DNA of 64,000 nucleotides from a virus, in the IMG/VR virus record IMGVR_UViG_3300017783_000003, positions 52,793-116,792 of that record, one strand, 5' to 3'. This document shows, one piece after another, positions 36,001-45,600 of the stretch (its first letter is position 1; each line of letters opens with the position of its first letter). The position numbers were made by a program, and so were the translations under genes. The notes beneath the pieces were generated by a model. It saw only the letters and a list, made by a program, of their open reading frames with translations, made no database searches and was not told where the DNA came from.

Positions 36001-38117
36001 TTCTTTCTGGTCGTGGATATACAGAAGCACCTTCAGTTGTTATTAAAGGTGTTGGTTTAGGTGCTGGTGATGCTATCATTACTTCTAGGATTGAGATTGA
36101 TACTCCTGCAGTAAGAATGGGTGTTGCAACTGATGCAAATGCAGATACTCCTTCTACTGTACCAACACACTTCGATTTCAAGCATCCTGTATATTTACAA
36201 AATGACACTGAGTATGCTTTAGTTGTAGAAACAGATTCTATTGAATATGATCTCTGGGTATCTAGACTTGGAGAGACTGAAGTTGCTACAAGTACAACTG
36301 TCAATTCACAACCATTATTAGGTTCAGTATACAAGTCTCAAAATATTGATAACTGGACTGAAGATTTATTTGAGGATATTAAATTTACTCTTTACAGAGC
36401 AGAGTTTGATACCAGTTCATTTGCTCAACTTCTACTAACTAATGAAGACCTTGGATTTGAAAAACTAGATAGCGATCCATTTGAGTCTAGTGTAAGATCT
36501 AACTCAAACGCTACTTCAGATCTCTTTAAAAATAATAATAAACTTATTAAAGTATTCCACAGAGATCATGGATTTGAAGATACTTTATCTTCAGTATACT
36601 TTAGAGGATCTGAAGATACTGGCGGAATCTCTTCTACTGTCTTGAATGCTAAATTATTTACTGTAAAAAATTCTGGTCTAGATAATTATGTTATTGAACT
36701 TCCAAGTAGAGCAGGTTCCAGTCTATTCGGTGGTGGTGATAAAGTATTTGCTACCTACAATAGAAAGTATGAAAAATTATACGCACAAATTTCCTACTTA
36801 CAACTAGAAGGAACTACTATTGACACTGAAGTTGAGACCACAAATATTACACCTTTAGATTCCAATTCAGTCAACTTCCCGTCTTATACTCAATCTACTT
36901 TTGAGAAAACGTTCCTAAATCAAGAGCATTTCTTCACTAATCAAAAGATTATTTCTTCTAAGATTAATGAAACTATGAATAATGTTGACAGATCTCTAAC
37001 TTATAAAATTAATTTGACCTCCACAGTTTCGTATCTGTCTCCAGTAATTGATCTCAATATTGCTTCAGTAAAAACATCTACAAACAGAATTGATAATTCT
37101 ACAGGTCAAGAGAAAAGATTTGGTAAAAAATATCAGAAACTTACTTTCCTGCCTGTTTATAACTTAGGATTAAATGTTACACCAACAGGTGCAGATACTA
37201 CAGTTCTTGTTCCTGGTGTAACATTAGAGGGTGTTACTAGTCAAGCATCAGGAACACTTCTATCTTACGATAGTAATATTGCTTTAATCTCACTAACTTC
37301 TTCAGTTCTCTTTAAAACGGGTGAAATTTTGATCGCCAAGAATCTTGGTGGTGTCAGACTTACTGGCATTTCATTATCTGTATCTACCCAAAATGAGCAG
37401 AAGTTTAGTTTCACCGAAGGTACTAATGTATTCTCCTACTTCCCATCAAATTTCAATTATAACTATGCCAACATTATTGACGGTAAAGTTATCTCTTGGG
37501 ATTCCGATGAGAAAGAACTCATAGTAGAAAACCCATATGCTCCTATTGATGGTAATTATGACAGTGCTATTCTCAAAGATAGTAATTTTGTAAGAAAGCA
37601 AGAAGATCAAGAATCAGATATCTTTAGAGTTGGAGATATTGTCAAGTCTCAAGATGATTATTATGTAACTATCACTGGAGCAAATTTTGAAAATGGTGCT
37701 GACTTCACTGCCGAGACTGATTCCAAAAATAGTTCTTCTCTTGCTAAGTATGTTTCTAAAGAAGTTTCTATCAATGAACCAGGAACTTCAATCGACGTAC
37801 GTTTAACAGTTAATGTTAAAACAAGAGAAAATATTCAAGTTCTTTACAAAACTAAAGAAACATCTGCTCAACTTAATTTTGAGGATATTAACTGGACTTA
37901 CTTTAATGACACTGGATATTCCGATAACAACGATCTAGCAACTGCTGAGAATTCTATCTCTGCAATTGCCGAAGATCAAGCATCTTATCAGGAATATAAA
38001 TTCAGTGTACAAGATATTTCCGAGTTTACTTCTTTTGCAATTAAAATTGTTATGAAGTCCGATGATCCTGCGTATGCACCCAAGATCCAAGATATGCGAT
38101 CAGTAGCTTCCTACTAA
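30036..38117 (+). CDS. VrlC-like (DUF4815) large virion structural protein
   Basis: MPQKTNLNVSPYFDDF, VQTRELTSLQSILQNQIE, APGAHRLK, LARRTYDESGDY, YTMRDIGKLEKRIERLEYYT, NPLAQTF. Confidence 0.88.
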   Translation: MPQKTNLNVSPYFDDFDTDKNFYKVLFRPGYSVQTRELTSLQSILQNQIESYGKYRFKQGQLVIPGEVGLNNRLNFVKLSSVSEVAVNENGAIVYKKYDIKQLIGSTLRGINSGVSAVVVEVKYATEESADLIFVNYINSGDDGNESTFRQGETLEVVGGVNTPLLVVGTDGSVLPTSIQIIDPDTGDNSSLSSPAMGYATALKVEEGIYFVNGFFVRNDEQLIVLNNYYDKASVKVGFAIVEDIITPEEDASLYDNARGYSNSSAPGAHRLKIKLELKKFEYKALTDKNFIQIIQIKNGVVEKQIKPADYTLLEETLARRTYDESGDYVVKDFTIDTREYYQRNGNNGIYKQGDNGLVKGLSATEAETKLVVSVSPGKAYVRGFEIVNKEVKYLTIEKARDTLTRDNVTVKSRGASAFKVSNVYGTVPLNTVAGELSAYPDVYLNAVFNDGSIGFNGLEEETSYKFTTSRRAIEFGLDKGLKTIMINVTEGNADPVVKSDFPTKLWYVKSRSGSTPTSAGYIDIVAFSNANDINVAGTTSYFVEATIYGERSVLDEYFVEYDEGDPSKYRILYKTEADVLPPEGYTPELSYGRLVSYTNTITPTIGVVKPKDFSLSDRPDGFSQDTDKIISRGKSGVNAQPYSGIFNFGYFNPTFFTRITLETTPAEGFGSGKYIYGKTSNAVGVIENDLSSNYSSGSKLFVTTIAGQFHSGETIFDEQGFSIKIAKDNTISHFICTKRGTGYGSDDSTSLFINGNEINNSKVAPRTSGQGIYRIEVLDRSALRETFIAPPQVKAFPIQESAANNPSVIPVLYKNTVLTYTPQNVKSLQSTYNNYKFTADVDFSKTKYSDYRPITNFSFSGKQGSKFLECSGFGANLSKDLIQGDIIQYTDGDDNIVKNIVQWTSDAEGTVKSRIYLTYSLRDDVTNISVVRVRPLVSNVNASLIFPTGSKQIASLVRDSSDTKIKYYVRKDFTSDLNAAGGVITFTAQLPVGFQRFVAFNENAYVLTVLEKGDSDVVETGDIVYIDPKFVSINSSTSDSTGVTAGSLVIQMPQNFFGIGLTVYPKLKLTASVEIDQAKPRLKTAIRNQRIVIISGGDRVIPLRGSDYDGVATAILSYSDAFKLRYVYEGSSTTPPDVDSAGNLISGTDVTYKFSFDDGQRDTLYDVSRLVLKPGFESTQGQLVVAFDYFEHSSGDFCTVDSYTHEAGVEGSEVPSFNSSVHGIVSLKDVLDFRPKVDSSTTVTGFQDVSILSNPSGASYINFTGDSGVTALTPASDPGLEYSMSFSETQYLDRIDGIFLNKKGEFVVKKGNASLNPAKPDNVDDAITIAYLHIPAFTKSNKDVRIVPVDNRRYTMRDIGKLEKRIERLEYYTTLSILEQQTLNMQIKDTVGFDRFKSGFIVDNFEGHGIGNIISEDYKCSIDTQQSVLRPSVKENSINLREVNTRNDQRLISGYVNNSNVITLPYTSLKLLGNEFATKTINPNPFVVIQYVGDCSISPTIDQWYNTDIAPLALNTNTNHYAIFQAKNDVRDAIGSIFNSFIVNWTGSDSSLMSINSFATVTSDKVESFVQKANIASSSNVSPQNNEIAKGVTTKTVNGVKVSSSLEFFARSIPVFFKVQRLKADTKLNVYIDGRSVNPWVVPDSNFSGIAGNSLTTFGSELKTNSNGDLSGMILIPSGYEPVSNSRWYGNSDNVDYNLASEEIYIAAGEKTITFTDTDNYDNKSESNSYADVIFYSTGIIPENPSSIVSTTAAYFKANEGVQSVNSNTDKEVKPNPLAQTFKIENFSGGCFTTGIDLFFKNKDTSIPIKTYLTNVDTGKPGKHVIPGSTSIKYPETYLKIFVTGDNDTISIKKNEFVKGSATNASGPILRVFDKNNIQVGDENSLQFQLNKEQVYTLILENHNGISFIANEQLIIPSVTEYNNTRNKEVLINIAKDSGKLVELQVEQTGSNYETAAITIESPQLPGGSTATGNIYVSDGQIYSSELVLSGRGYTEAPSVVIKGVGLGAGDAIITSRIEIDTPAVRMGVATDANADTPSTVPTHFDFKHPVYLQNDTEYALVVETDSIEYDLWVSRLGETEVATSTTVNSQPLLGSVYKSQNIDNWTEDLFEDIKFTLYRAEFDTSSFAQLLLTNEDLGFEKLDSDPFESSVRSNSNATSDLFKNNNKLIKVFHRDHGFEDTLSSVYFRGSEDTGGISSTVLNAKLFTVKNSGLDNYVIELPSRAGSSLFGGGDKVFATYNRKYEKLYAQISYLQLEGTTIDTEVETTNITPLDSNSVNFPSYTQSTFEKTFLNQEHFFTNQKIISSKINETMNNVDRSLTYKINLTSTVSYLSPVIDLNIASVKTSTNRIDNSTGQEKRFGKKYQKLTFLPVYNLGLNVTPTGADTTVLVPGVTLEGVTSQASGTLLSYDSNIALISLTSSVLFKTGEILIAKNLGGVRLTGISLSVSTQNEQKFSFTEGTNVFSYFPSNFNYNYANIIDGKVISWDSDEKELIVENPYAPIDGNYDSAILKDSNFVRKQEDQESDIFRVGDIVKSQDDYYVTITGANFENGADFTAETDSKNSSSLAKYVSKEVSINEPGTSIDVRLTVNVKTRENIQVLYKTKETSAQLNFEDINWTYFNDTGYSDNNDLATAENSISAIAEDQASYQEYKFSVQDISEFTSFAIKIVMKSDDPAYAPKIQDMRSVASY

Positions 38118-38314
38118 TGTACATACAAGTTGAAGGACACGAAAATTTAGTTAGAGATTCTTCTACTGGAGCAATTATCAACAAAGATAAAATCTCTGGT
38201 AGGAGAGTCTCATCTGAGTTTTACAGTATGAAACATGACATAAATACATTGAAGGAAGAACTATCTGAAATCAAACAACTTCTTAGAGAGATCGTAAGAG
38301 ATGCCAGCAATTAA
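38117..38314 (+). CDS. conserved small T4-like phage protein
   Basis: VEGHENLVRDSSTGAIIN + C-terminal coiled coil, typically follows VrlC-like genes. Confidence 0.8.
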   Translation: MYIQVEGHENLVRDSSTGAIINKDKISGRRVSSEFYSMKHDINTLKEELSEIKQLLREIVRDASN

Positions 38315-41300
38315 TGTAGCTAAAACAGATACCTTTGAAATTCAAAGGCAAAAAATTAATACGATATCAGAAAATGTATTTGCATTTGCTGCTGGTGGTA
38401 GTGATCTTGCTACAGGCAATCTGAAGTTGGGTGATGGTGAAAAGGATGTCCCATCGCTGGCATTTACTTCAGACTTGCAGTTAGGTTTATACAAATCATC
38501 GCAAAACACAGCGACATTTGTTAGTGCAACAAAAAGAATTTTTGAATATAATAATGTAGGCTCTGTTTATTACAGAGATTTTATTATCAGGAAGACTACA
38601 CTATTTAATGAAGGAATTGAAATTCAATCAGTAGGTCAAAACTACGATGTAGGTAGTTACGAAGACATCTCTGCTTTTGGTGGTACTGGCGAGAGTGGAT
38701 CGTTTAACATCAATGTTGCTGAATATTCTGGTTCTACTATTTCTGGTAGTAACTACGTATTCGTCGGTGCTGAAGGTGATGATCAATATAGTAATGTACC
38801 ACTGCAAGGAGGTAATGGATCTGGCAATTTGGTCAACCTCACTTTTTCTAGTGGAGGATTTAGTGAAACTACAATCCAGCAATATGGTACTGGATATCAA
38901 GTAGGAGATGTTCTTACTCTACCACCATCACAATCTGGTGTTTCTGGTACAGTTACAGAAGAACAAAATAATATAGCGGTATCTAGTATAGCTGGTATCG
39001 TCGAGGGTATGATAGTAACCCAAACTGGTGGTGCAGGTGCTTTTGTAATACCAGAAGATATTGATGGCAACCCTTCAGATATTGTCGTTACTGGCGTTGA
39101 TGCCGAGAATACTGAGATTCAGGTAAACACCACTGCATCATCTTCAGGATCTGTAACATTAACTCTATCAGTTCCTTGGGGTAATTCTGGTAGTGGTTAT
39201 TCATACACCGTTGATAAACTTGGTGTTATCAACCAAATATCTGTTAATAACCCTGGTAATGGTTATGCAGGTGGTGATGTACTATCAGTAAATCCTCTGG
39301 ACTTAACAGCATTTATTGATTACACAGTAACTACAGTTGAAGGTCAAGTAATTAACTTTACTGTAAACGTTCCTACTAATGCGTTTTCAGTAGGGTCAAC
39401 TATTAGTACAGTTGATCCATCCGATAGTGAAGCAATTGCAGCATCGGGAGATGTACTAGAAGTCACTATATCTGGTGGCGCTATCACAAGTATTTTAGTT
39501 TCATTTACAGAAGGTAGTAGTGACGCTGGTTATAATGTTACTGGTAATGGCACATACACTGTAGATTCTGTAGACAATGCTGCTAGATATCAGATTGATA
39601 CCACAGAAGATCAAAGTAACCCTCAATTATATCCAAATTTAACTTTATATAAAGATAACAAATATAGATTTGATGTTTCTAATGTTGGATCTCATCCATT
39701 CAAATTCAGTATTCATCAAGATGGTATTCACGCAGGATTTGAAGAAACTGTAACTCTTAGTGATTCTTCTGCTGATATCACAGTAGCAAGTTCTACTGGA
39801 TTACTTGTTGGCATGTCGGTTACAACAAACAACAGTGCTAATGAAACAGGTGAAGTGGCAGGCGATACTGTAATTGAAGCAATCAATGGAAATACAATTA
39901 CATTATCCGATATTCCACAGGTTGCTGGATCTGCTGTTCTTGTATTTGCTGGTGTTCAATATGATGAATCGGAAGTTAGTTATGCTGACGACTACGTAAT
40001 TATTATACCAGAATCCACTACACCAACACCTTTATATTACTACTGTGGTATACACCCAAAAATGGGCGGTACTGGCACACTTACTATCGACTACAACAAT
40101 CCCAAAACCTTTGGTACTGGATTTGAAGTTCTTGCAAGTGAAGTAGAAGCAGTTGATGTTATTACTGGTTCTGTTGCTGATGGAGAGTTTAATGTTTCTT
40201 CTATTACTGGTACTGATGTAACAGTAGAAAACATTCAAACAACAAATATTACTGGCACTGAAGCACAATTTACAAGAACAGTTACTCCAGAAGTTGCATT
40301 AGAAGTAAACGCAGATAAAAGTTCATTAACTACTATCACTGCTTTAGGTGGAGAAATAATTCTTGGTGGTACATCTTTAAGTCTTGGCGACAATTTTACT
40401 GTCAATGCGGATACGGGAACTCTTAATACTAATGGTATTCTCAAGACTACTAACAAACTCAACATTAATGATTTTTTAAATATTGTTGATAATACTATTT
40501 CTGCTACCACTAATAATAGTATTTTCATTGTTCCTGCTGCTGGTAAAATTACTAAAATTGATTCTGCAACAGCACTGATTATTCCTAAAGGTAACACAGC
40601 AGCAAGACCTCTTGTAGGGCAGGTACAAGACGGTGCAATCCGTTTTAACAGCGAAACGAACCAGTATGAGGGTTATAGCGAAACAACGTCTTCCTGGTCC
40701 TCCCTGGGCGGTGTTAGAGACCTTGACGGTAACACATACATCGATGCAGAAGCATTCCCAGGCGCAAATGATAATACTCTGTATTTTTATAATGATAATG
40801 TTAACACTTTACAAGTAACAAGAAATTTTCTAGACTTTAGAAATACTAAAAAAATCAAATCTGCAAATACTACAGCACCAGAATATAGTAATTGGTTTGC
40901 TAACATTCCTGTAACAGTTACCACACCCACAACAAAACTCAAGTATAGAAACAATATATTTGAAGTTACTGTTGGTGGGGTAACAGCAACATCTGGAAAC
41001 GAACCATCTGATACTAGTGGAGATGAATTTATCAATGGTACAGCAACTCTAAAATGGATTGCTTCTGCTGTAGATGCCCTCACATTCCAAGAAATTTCTG
41101 AAGTTCGTATTGACCCATTTGGAGATACTCCACTTGTTATTAGTGGAGAACTTCGCTTTCTTAATAATGTAGTTTCTACAGATATTAATGATTTAGTTAT
41201 TAGACCAAATTCTGGTAAAAAAGTTTCTATTGATGCAGCAAGTTCTCTTAAAATTCCTGTTGGTGATAACAACCAAAGAGGTGCTGCAGTAATAGGTTCT

Positions 41301-42128
41301 ATCAGATTCAATACAGACATTCTCCAGTATGAGGGTTATGACGGTAACAACTGGTCCTCTCTTGGTGGCGTACGTGACGTTGATGGTAATACTTACATCA
41401 TTCCAGAAACTGCTCCTGGTCTAAATGAGAATACTTTATTCTTCTACAACAACGGCGTAAACACTGTTAGAGTTACAGAGAACGAATTTGTATTTGATGG
41501 TATTGAAGATATTTTCTCTTCCACGACAGATAATCTAAACATCAATGTAGAAAGTTTAACTTTTGAGGATGGTGCTCTTGTACTTGAGCACAGTGTACTT
41601 ACTGATACTTATCTTTATACAACTAGAGAGAACTTCGACATTGGCATGTCTCAAGGTCTCACTATTGATAAGTTCTTGAGACTGTCTAATACAGGTGACA
41701 TTAAATATAATGTAAACTTCCCTAACGGTGGTGGTGTTCCAGATTATCTAACTTTAGTTAGTGGTGATTTAAAAACGGTTGAATTTGCTGATATAAGAAT
41801 TTTATCTTCTGTCGCATCTCTTCAAAAAGGAACAAACGATAGTTATGGGTTTGAAGTTTACAAGTCTACCGATAAAGGAGCAAGGATTCTAGTTACTGTT
41901 CACAATACCACAATAAACGAGAAAGAACAAGTTGAACTTTCTGTTATAGATAATGGTACAGATATTGTATATTCCGATTACGGTAACATTAAAACAGGTA
42001 GTGAACTGTTTACAGCATCCTTTGATTATAATGCACTAAACAATGTTAGGGTTAACATAACTCTAAATTCAAGTTTAAGTCTTGGAAATCTTTGTAATGT
42101 AACAATCACAAGTTATGTAAATAAGTAA
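38301..42128 (+). CDS. virion structural / fibre-like protein with cupredoxin-like domain
   Basis: N-terminal INVAKTDTFEIQRQKIN; GSHPF...YYYCGIHPKMGG; two GxIRFN...YEGY...WSSLGGVRDxDGNTYI repeats. Confidence 0.78.
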   Translation: MPAINVAKTDTFEIQRQKINTISENVFAFAAGGSDLATGNLKLGDGEKDVPSLAFTSDLQLGLYKSSQNTATFVSATKRIFEYNNVGSVYYRDFIIRKTTLFNEGIEIQSVGQNYDVGSYEDISAFGGTGESGSFNINVAEYSGSTISGSNYVFVGAEGDDQYSNVPLQGGNGSGNLVNLTFSSGGFSETTIQQYGTGYQVGDVLTLPPSQSGVSGTVTEEQNNIAVSSIAGIVEGMIVTQTGGAGAFVIPEDIDGNPSDIVVTGVDAENTEIQVNTTASSSGSVTLTLSVPWGNSGSGYSYTVDKLGVINQISVNNPGNGYAGGDVLSVNPLDLTAFIDYTVTTVEGQVINFTVNVPTNAFSVGSTISTVDPSDSEAIAASGDVLEVTISGGAITSILVSFTEGSSDAGYNVTGNGTYTVDSVDNAARYQIDTTEDQSNPQLYPNLTLYKDNKYRFDVSNVGSHPFKFSIHQDGIHAGFEETVTLSDSSADITVASSTGLLVGMSVTTNNSANETGEVAGDTVIEAINGNTITLSDIPQVAGSAVLVFAGVQYDESEVSYADDYVIIIPESTTPTPLYYYCGIHPKMGGTGTLTIDYNNPKTFGTGFEVLASEVEAVDVITGSVADGEFNVSSITGTDVTVENIQTTNITGTEAQFTRTVTPEVALEVNADKSSLTTITALGGEIILGGTSLSLGDNFTVNADTGTLNTNGILKTTNKLNINDFLNIVDNTISATTNNSIFIVPAAGKITKIDSATALIIPKGNTAARPLVGQVQDGAIRFNSETNQYEGYSETTSSWSSLGGVRDLDGNTYIDAEAFPGANDNTLYFYNDNVNTLQVTRNFLDFRNTKKIKSANTTAPEYSNWFANIPVTVTTPTTKLKYRNNIFEVTVGGVTATSGNEPSDTSGDEFINGTATLKWIASAVDALTFQEISEVRIDPFGDTPLVISGELRFLNNVVSTDINDLVIRPNSGKKVSIDAASSLKIPVGDNNQRGAAVIGSIRFNTDILQYEGYDGNNWSSLGGVRDVDGNTYIIPETAPGLNENTLFFYNNGVNTVRVTENEFVFDGIEDIFSSTTDNLNINVESLTFEDGALVLEHSVLTDTYLYTTRENFDIGMSQGLTIDKFLRLSNTGDIKYNVNFPNGGGVPDYLTLVSGDLKTVEFADIRILSSVASLQKGTNDSYGFEVYKSTDKGARILVTVHNTTINEKEQVELSVIDNGTDIVYSDYGNIKTGSELFTASFDYNALNNVRVNITLNSSLSLGNLCNVTITSYVNK

Positions 42129-42129
42129 G

Positions 42130-42639
42130 ATGGCAACAAACATTACAACCTTTGATTCCGTACATGGTTTTTCTGTTGGCAACACCACTGTAGTCAATGA
42201 AACTAACGATGCACGAAATCTAAATAGTCTAGAATTAAAAAATCAACTCTTTCTTGATAGTGCAGCAACAACATATATTCTTAGAGGATTGAACACTGCA
42301 GTTCTTTCTTTAGACGATGTTGGTTCTCAAATTACCTTACCTACTGACACCATTAATTTTATTACAGCACATATCATTGGAGTTAATGATAGCGGTGGCG
42401 GAAACATCTCAAAAAAATTTGAGTCTATCGTAACCAATAATGCTGCAGGTCAGGTGCAGATACTTTCTACCATGGAAACTATTATCAAAGATAGTATTCC
42501 ATTAGGTCAAGATTGGACATGTGTTCCTTTTGATTCAGGAAGTGCTAATAAATTTAGTTATTCGACAGTTAGAGCAGGTACTACCAACGAAATTAAGTGG
42601 GTAGCAGTAGCACAAGTCATTAGTATTGAATGGACTTGA
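42130..42639 (+). CDS. virion structural protein
   Basis: FDSVHGFSVG N-terminus, ends WVAVAQV; located among late structural genes. Confidence 0.72.
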   Translation: MATNITTFDSVHGFSVGNTTVVNETNDARNLNSLELKNQLFLDSAATTYILRGLNTAVLSLDDVGSQITLPTDTINFITAHIIGVNDSGGGNISKKFESIVTNNAAGQVQILSTMETIIKDSIPLGQDWTCVPFDSGSANKFSYSTVRAGTTNEIKWVAVAQVISIEWT

Positions 42640-42642
42640 TGC

Positions 42643-42648
42643 TAAATA
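42643..42648 (+). promoter_or_regulatory. T4-type late promoter
   Basis: TAAATA upstream of the fibre gene. Confidence 0.65.
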
Positions 42649-42684
42649 TACTATAGGATTATCCCCACCACCAGCGAGAGAGAA

Positions 42685-45600
42685 ATGAGTTTTCAGTTTA
42701 ATTCTGATAAGGAAATTTTAAGGGCGGTTAACCCATCAGTTATCGCAGACCAATCTTATACGATTCGTGCTGGAACTGGGTCAACAGAAAAAGAAATATT
42801 TAGAGCACAGTTAGACTCAGTAACCAACTTACCTAGAGTTGGTATTAATAGAACTGGTAAAAGAGTTGAAAGAATTGATGTTCCTGATGGACAAGGTGGT
42901 AGTGGGTACACCTTAGTTCCTTCAGTTGAATTATCTGCTCCAACTTTAGATGGTGGTCGTCAAGCATTAGCATCGGCTGCAATTTTTAATGGTGAAGTTA
43001 GTGCAATTATTGTTGATGATCCAGGTGATGGTTACGAACTAGCACCAACGGTAGAAGTTACTGGTGGTAATGGTGTAGGTGCTGTTGGTATTTCATTCCT
43101 AGATACCGTTGATTTTGAACTTGATATTAATGGTGCTATTAGAACATCAACGTCTATCATTTCTGATACGGCAAGAATCCTAAACCTTGATATTGATAAT
43201 TTTATCACTCCAGATGCTAATTTTAGAGCACCTAATTTAAAAACTTATATCAATAATACTGGTGTCCTCTGGGCACCAAGTGTTATTGTACTAAAAAATA
43301 CATTTAGATATTTTGGTGGTAATATATATCAGGTACTTGAAACTGGTACTACTGGAACTGCTGCTCCCACACATAACGATGGTATTGAATTAAACGGAAC
43401 TGCATCCTTAAAACATGTTGGTTTCCGAATTGTTGATGATACCCAACCGTTCTTTGAAGAAACTGGAGAAGCGGGGGTATATCCAAGGTCTATCACTCCA
43501 TTGCTTGGTGATAAGTCCGATAAGATTGCAACTACTGAATACGTCCTCAACCTAGCAACGAATGACGTTGGTGGTCGTGTTTACGTTTCACAGCAGATTG
43601 GTAGTGACGACAATGATGGTCGTTCTGCTGTTGCTCCTGTAAGAACAATTAAAAAGGCATGTCAGGAAGCATGGAAAACTCCTGGCGTCAAAGAAACGAT
43701 TATCGTTGCTGGTGGTGACTATCTAGAAGATAACCCAATTTCCATTCCCCCAGACGCATCGGTTGTTGGTGATAACCTACGTTTGGTTCTCATCCGTCCA
43801 GCCAATCCAAGAAAGCACATTTTCAAGTTTGGTGATAAAAACTACGTTACTGGTGTTACTTATCGTGACCAAATTGATTCCAATGGTGATTCTGTCGCAA
43901 CTTGGGACTTTGCGATGGTCTTTGACGACAAGCAAAGAATTGATATCGACACTTCCTCAAACGGAGACTTTGGATTAAGTTTCCCAGTTGGTCATCAAAT
44001 CTTTGGTCCTAACCGTGAAAGAGTTACTTTCCAAACAAACACTGGTTTAAACCAACTTGTAGCAGGTCTATCTTTACGAGGTGTCAACACTGGTTCAACC
44101 GCATTAATTAATGAAGTAACATTCAATCAAGTTACAGGTGTTCAAGCATACATTTCGGGTACTGCTAATATTGAAATCCTGAGTGGTTCTTTTATCTCTG
44201 GCGAAACATTTGAATACTTTATTGTTACCCCATACACACCAACAGATGTAACTTACGATCCTCAAACTGGTATCTCTCAGTTTACTGTTCCAAACCACGG
44301 TTTTGCTGACGGTGATAAGATTCGCATTAATATCGAATCTCTTGGATATACCTGTGATATGGATGGTAACACCAATATCAAATACTATCCAAGATCTTCT
44401 GACCCTGCAGCAAACCAGTTTTTAACTATCAGTGCTGCAACAACTAATACATTTGAACTTGATGTAGGCGATTCACAAAATATTAATCATCAAGTATCTT
44501 ATGCAACATATGATACCGCATCTGGTGTTGCTGTTCTAACTATTGGTACACATACTCTAGGTGTAGGAACTTCAATCAAACTAAGAACGGAATCTCTTGG
44601 ATTCTCATGTTCTAAAGATGGTTATTCTAGTGTCCACTTCTATCCAAGGGCTACTGACCCAGCATATGATACTGCGATAGAAATTTTAGAAGTAACCTCA
44701 ACTACTATCACAATTAATGTAGGTGCATCTGGACCTGACGATCAATATGTACATGCATATGATAGTTCGTTAGCAAATGCTGTTATCTCTGGTGGTAATT
44801 ACCCCCATACATTTGTATCTGCAAGAGCAAATGCATTAGATTACTTAGATTCGGAATTTGAGTTTGTTTCTACTGACATTCAGTCAATTAGAGCAGAAGG
44901 TGAAATTGTATTTAGCAATGATCCAGGGGAGGTAGAATATCCTATTCCTAGGATTGACTTCTCTTTACAAGGAACTGCCGAAGTTGCTACTGGTGGATTT
45001 GAGTACGGATGGGATGGTGGTGGTCCAGAAGATCTGGGTGGCATTGTCTTCTATACTAATGAACTAATTGGTAGACAAAATGTTCATGATTTAAAAAATG
45101 GTCAAGAAATTTTAATTGAAGGTCTTCCTACTTCTAGTCCTGATTTATCATTCCTGAATGGCAGGCAAAGGATTTATAAAGTATTAGAAGATGCTGACGG
45201 TCGCTGCAGGCGTTTTGTAATTCCTAAGAAGACTAGTGTTATTACAGATTCTGATTTTGAACCTGGCAATCTAGCAAAAGTTACTTCAGCATCCAAGTCA
45301 ATAACAATGACATTGCTGAACTCGCCAAATAAATTTAATATGGCGACACCTGTAGCAAGAAGATTCCAAGATGCTTCCCTACAAATTAGAAACAACTTAG
45401 ACTACATTGCAGACGAAGTTGTTGGTAGAGTTAATGATGAATTTAAAAAAGAATACTTTGCTGCATATGATGTAGATGGTACACCATCACAACAATTTAC
45501 TCCCACAAATGTAACATATGATCCCGCTACAGGAGAGTCAATATTTACTGTTAATAATCATGGTCTTGTCGAGGGAGATGGTGTAAAGATTGAGGATGAT

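Noticed and set aside
40661-41400. Nucleotide repeat CCAGTATGAGGGTTAT...TGGTCCTC in the 1275-aa gene
   Set aside because: Explained by an ordinary internal protein domain duplication (YEGY...WSSLGGVRD)
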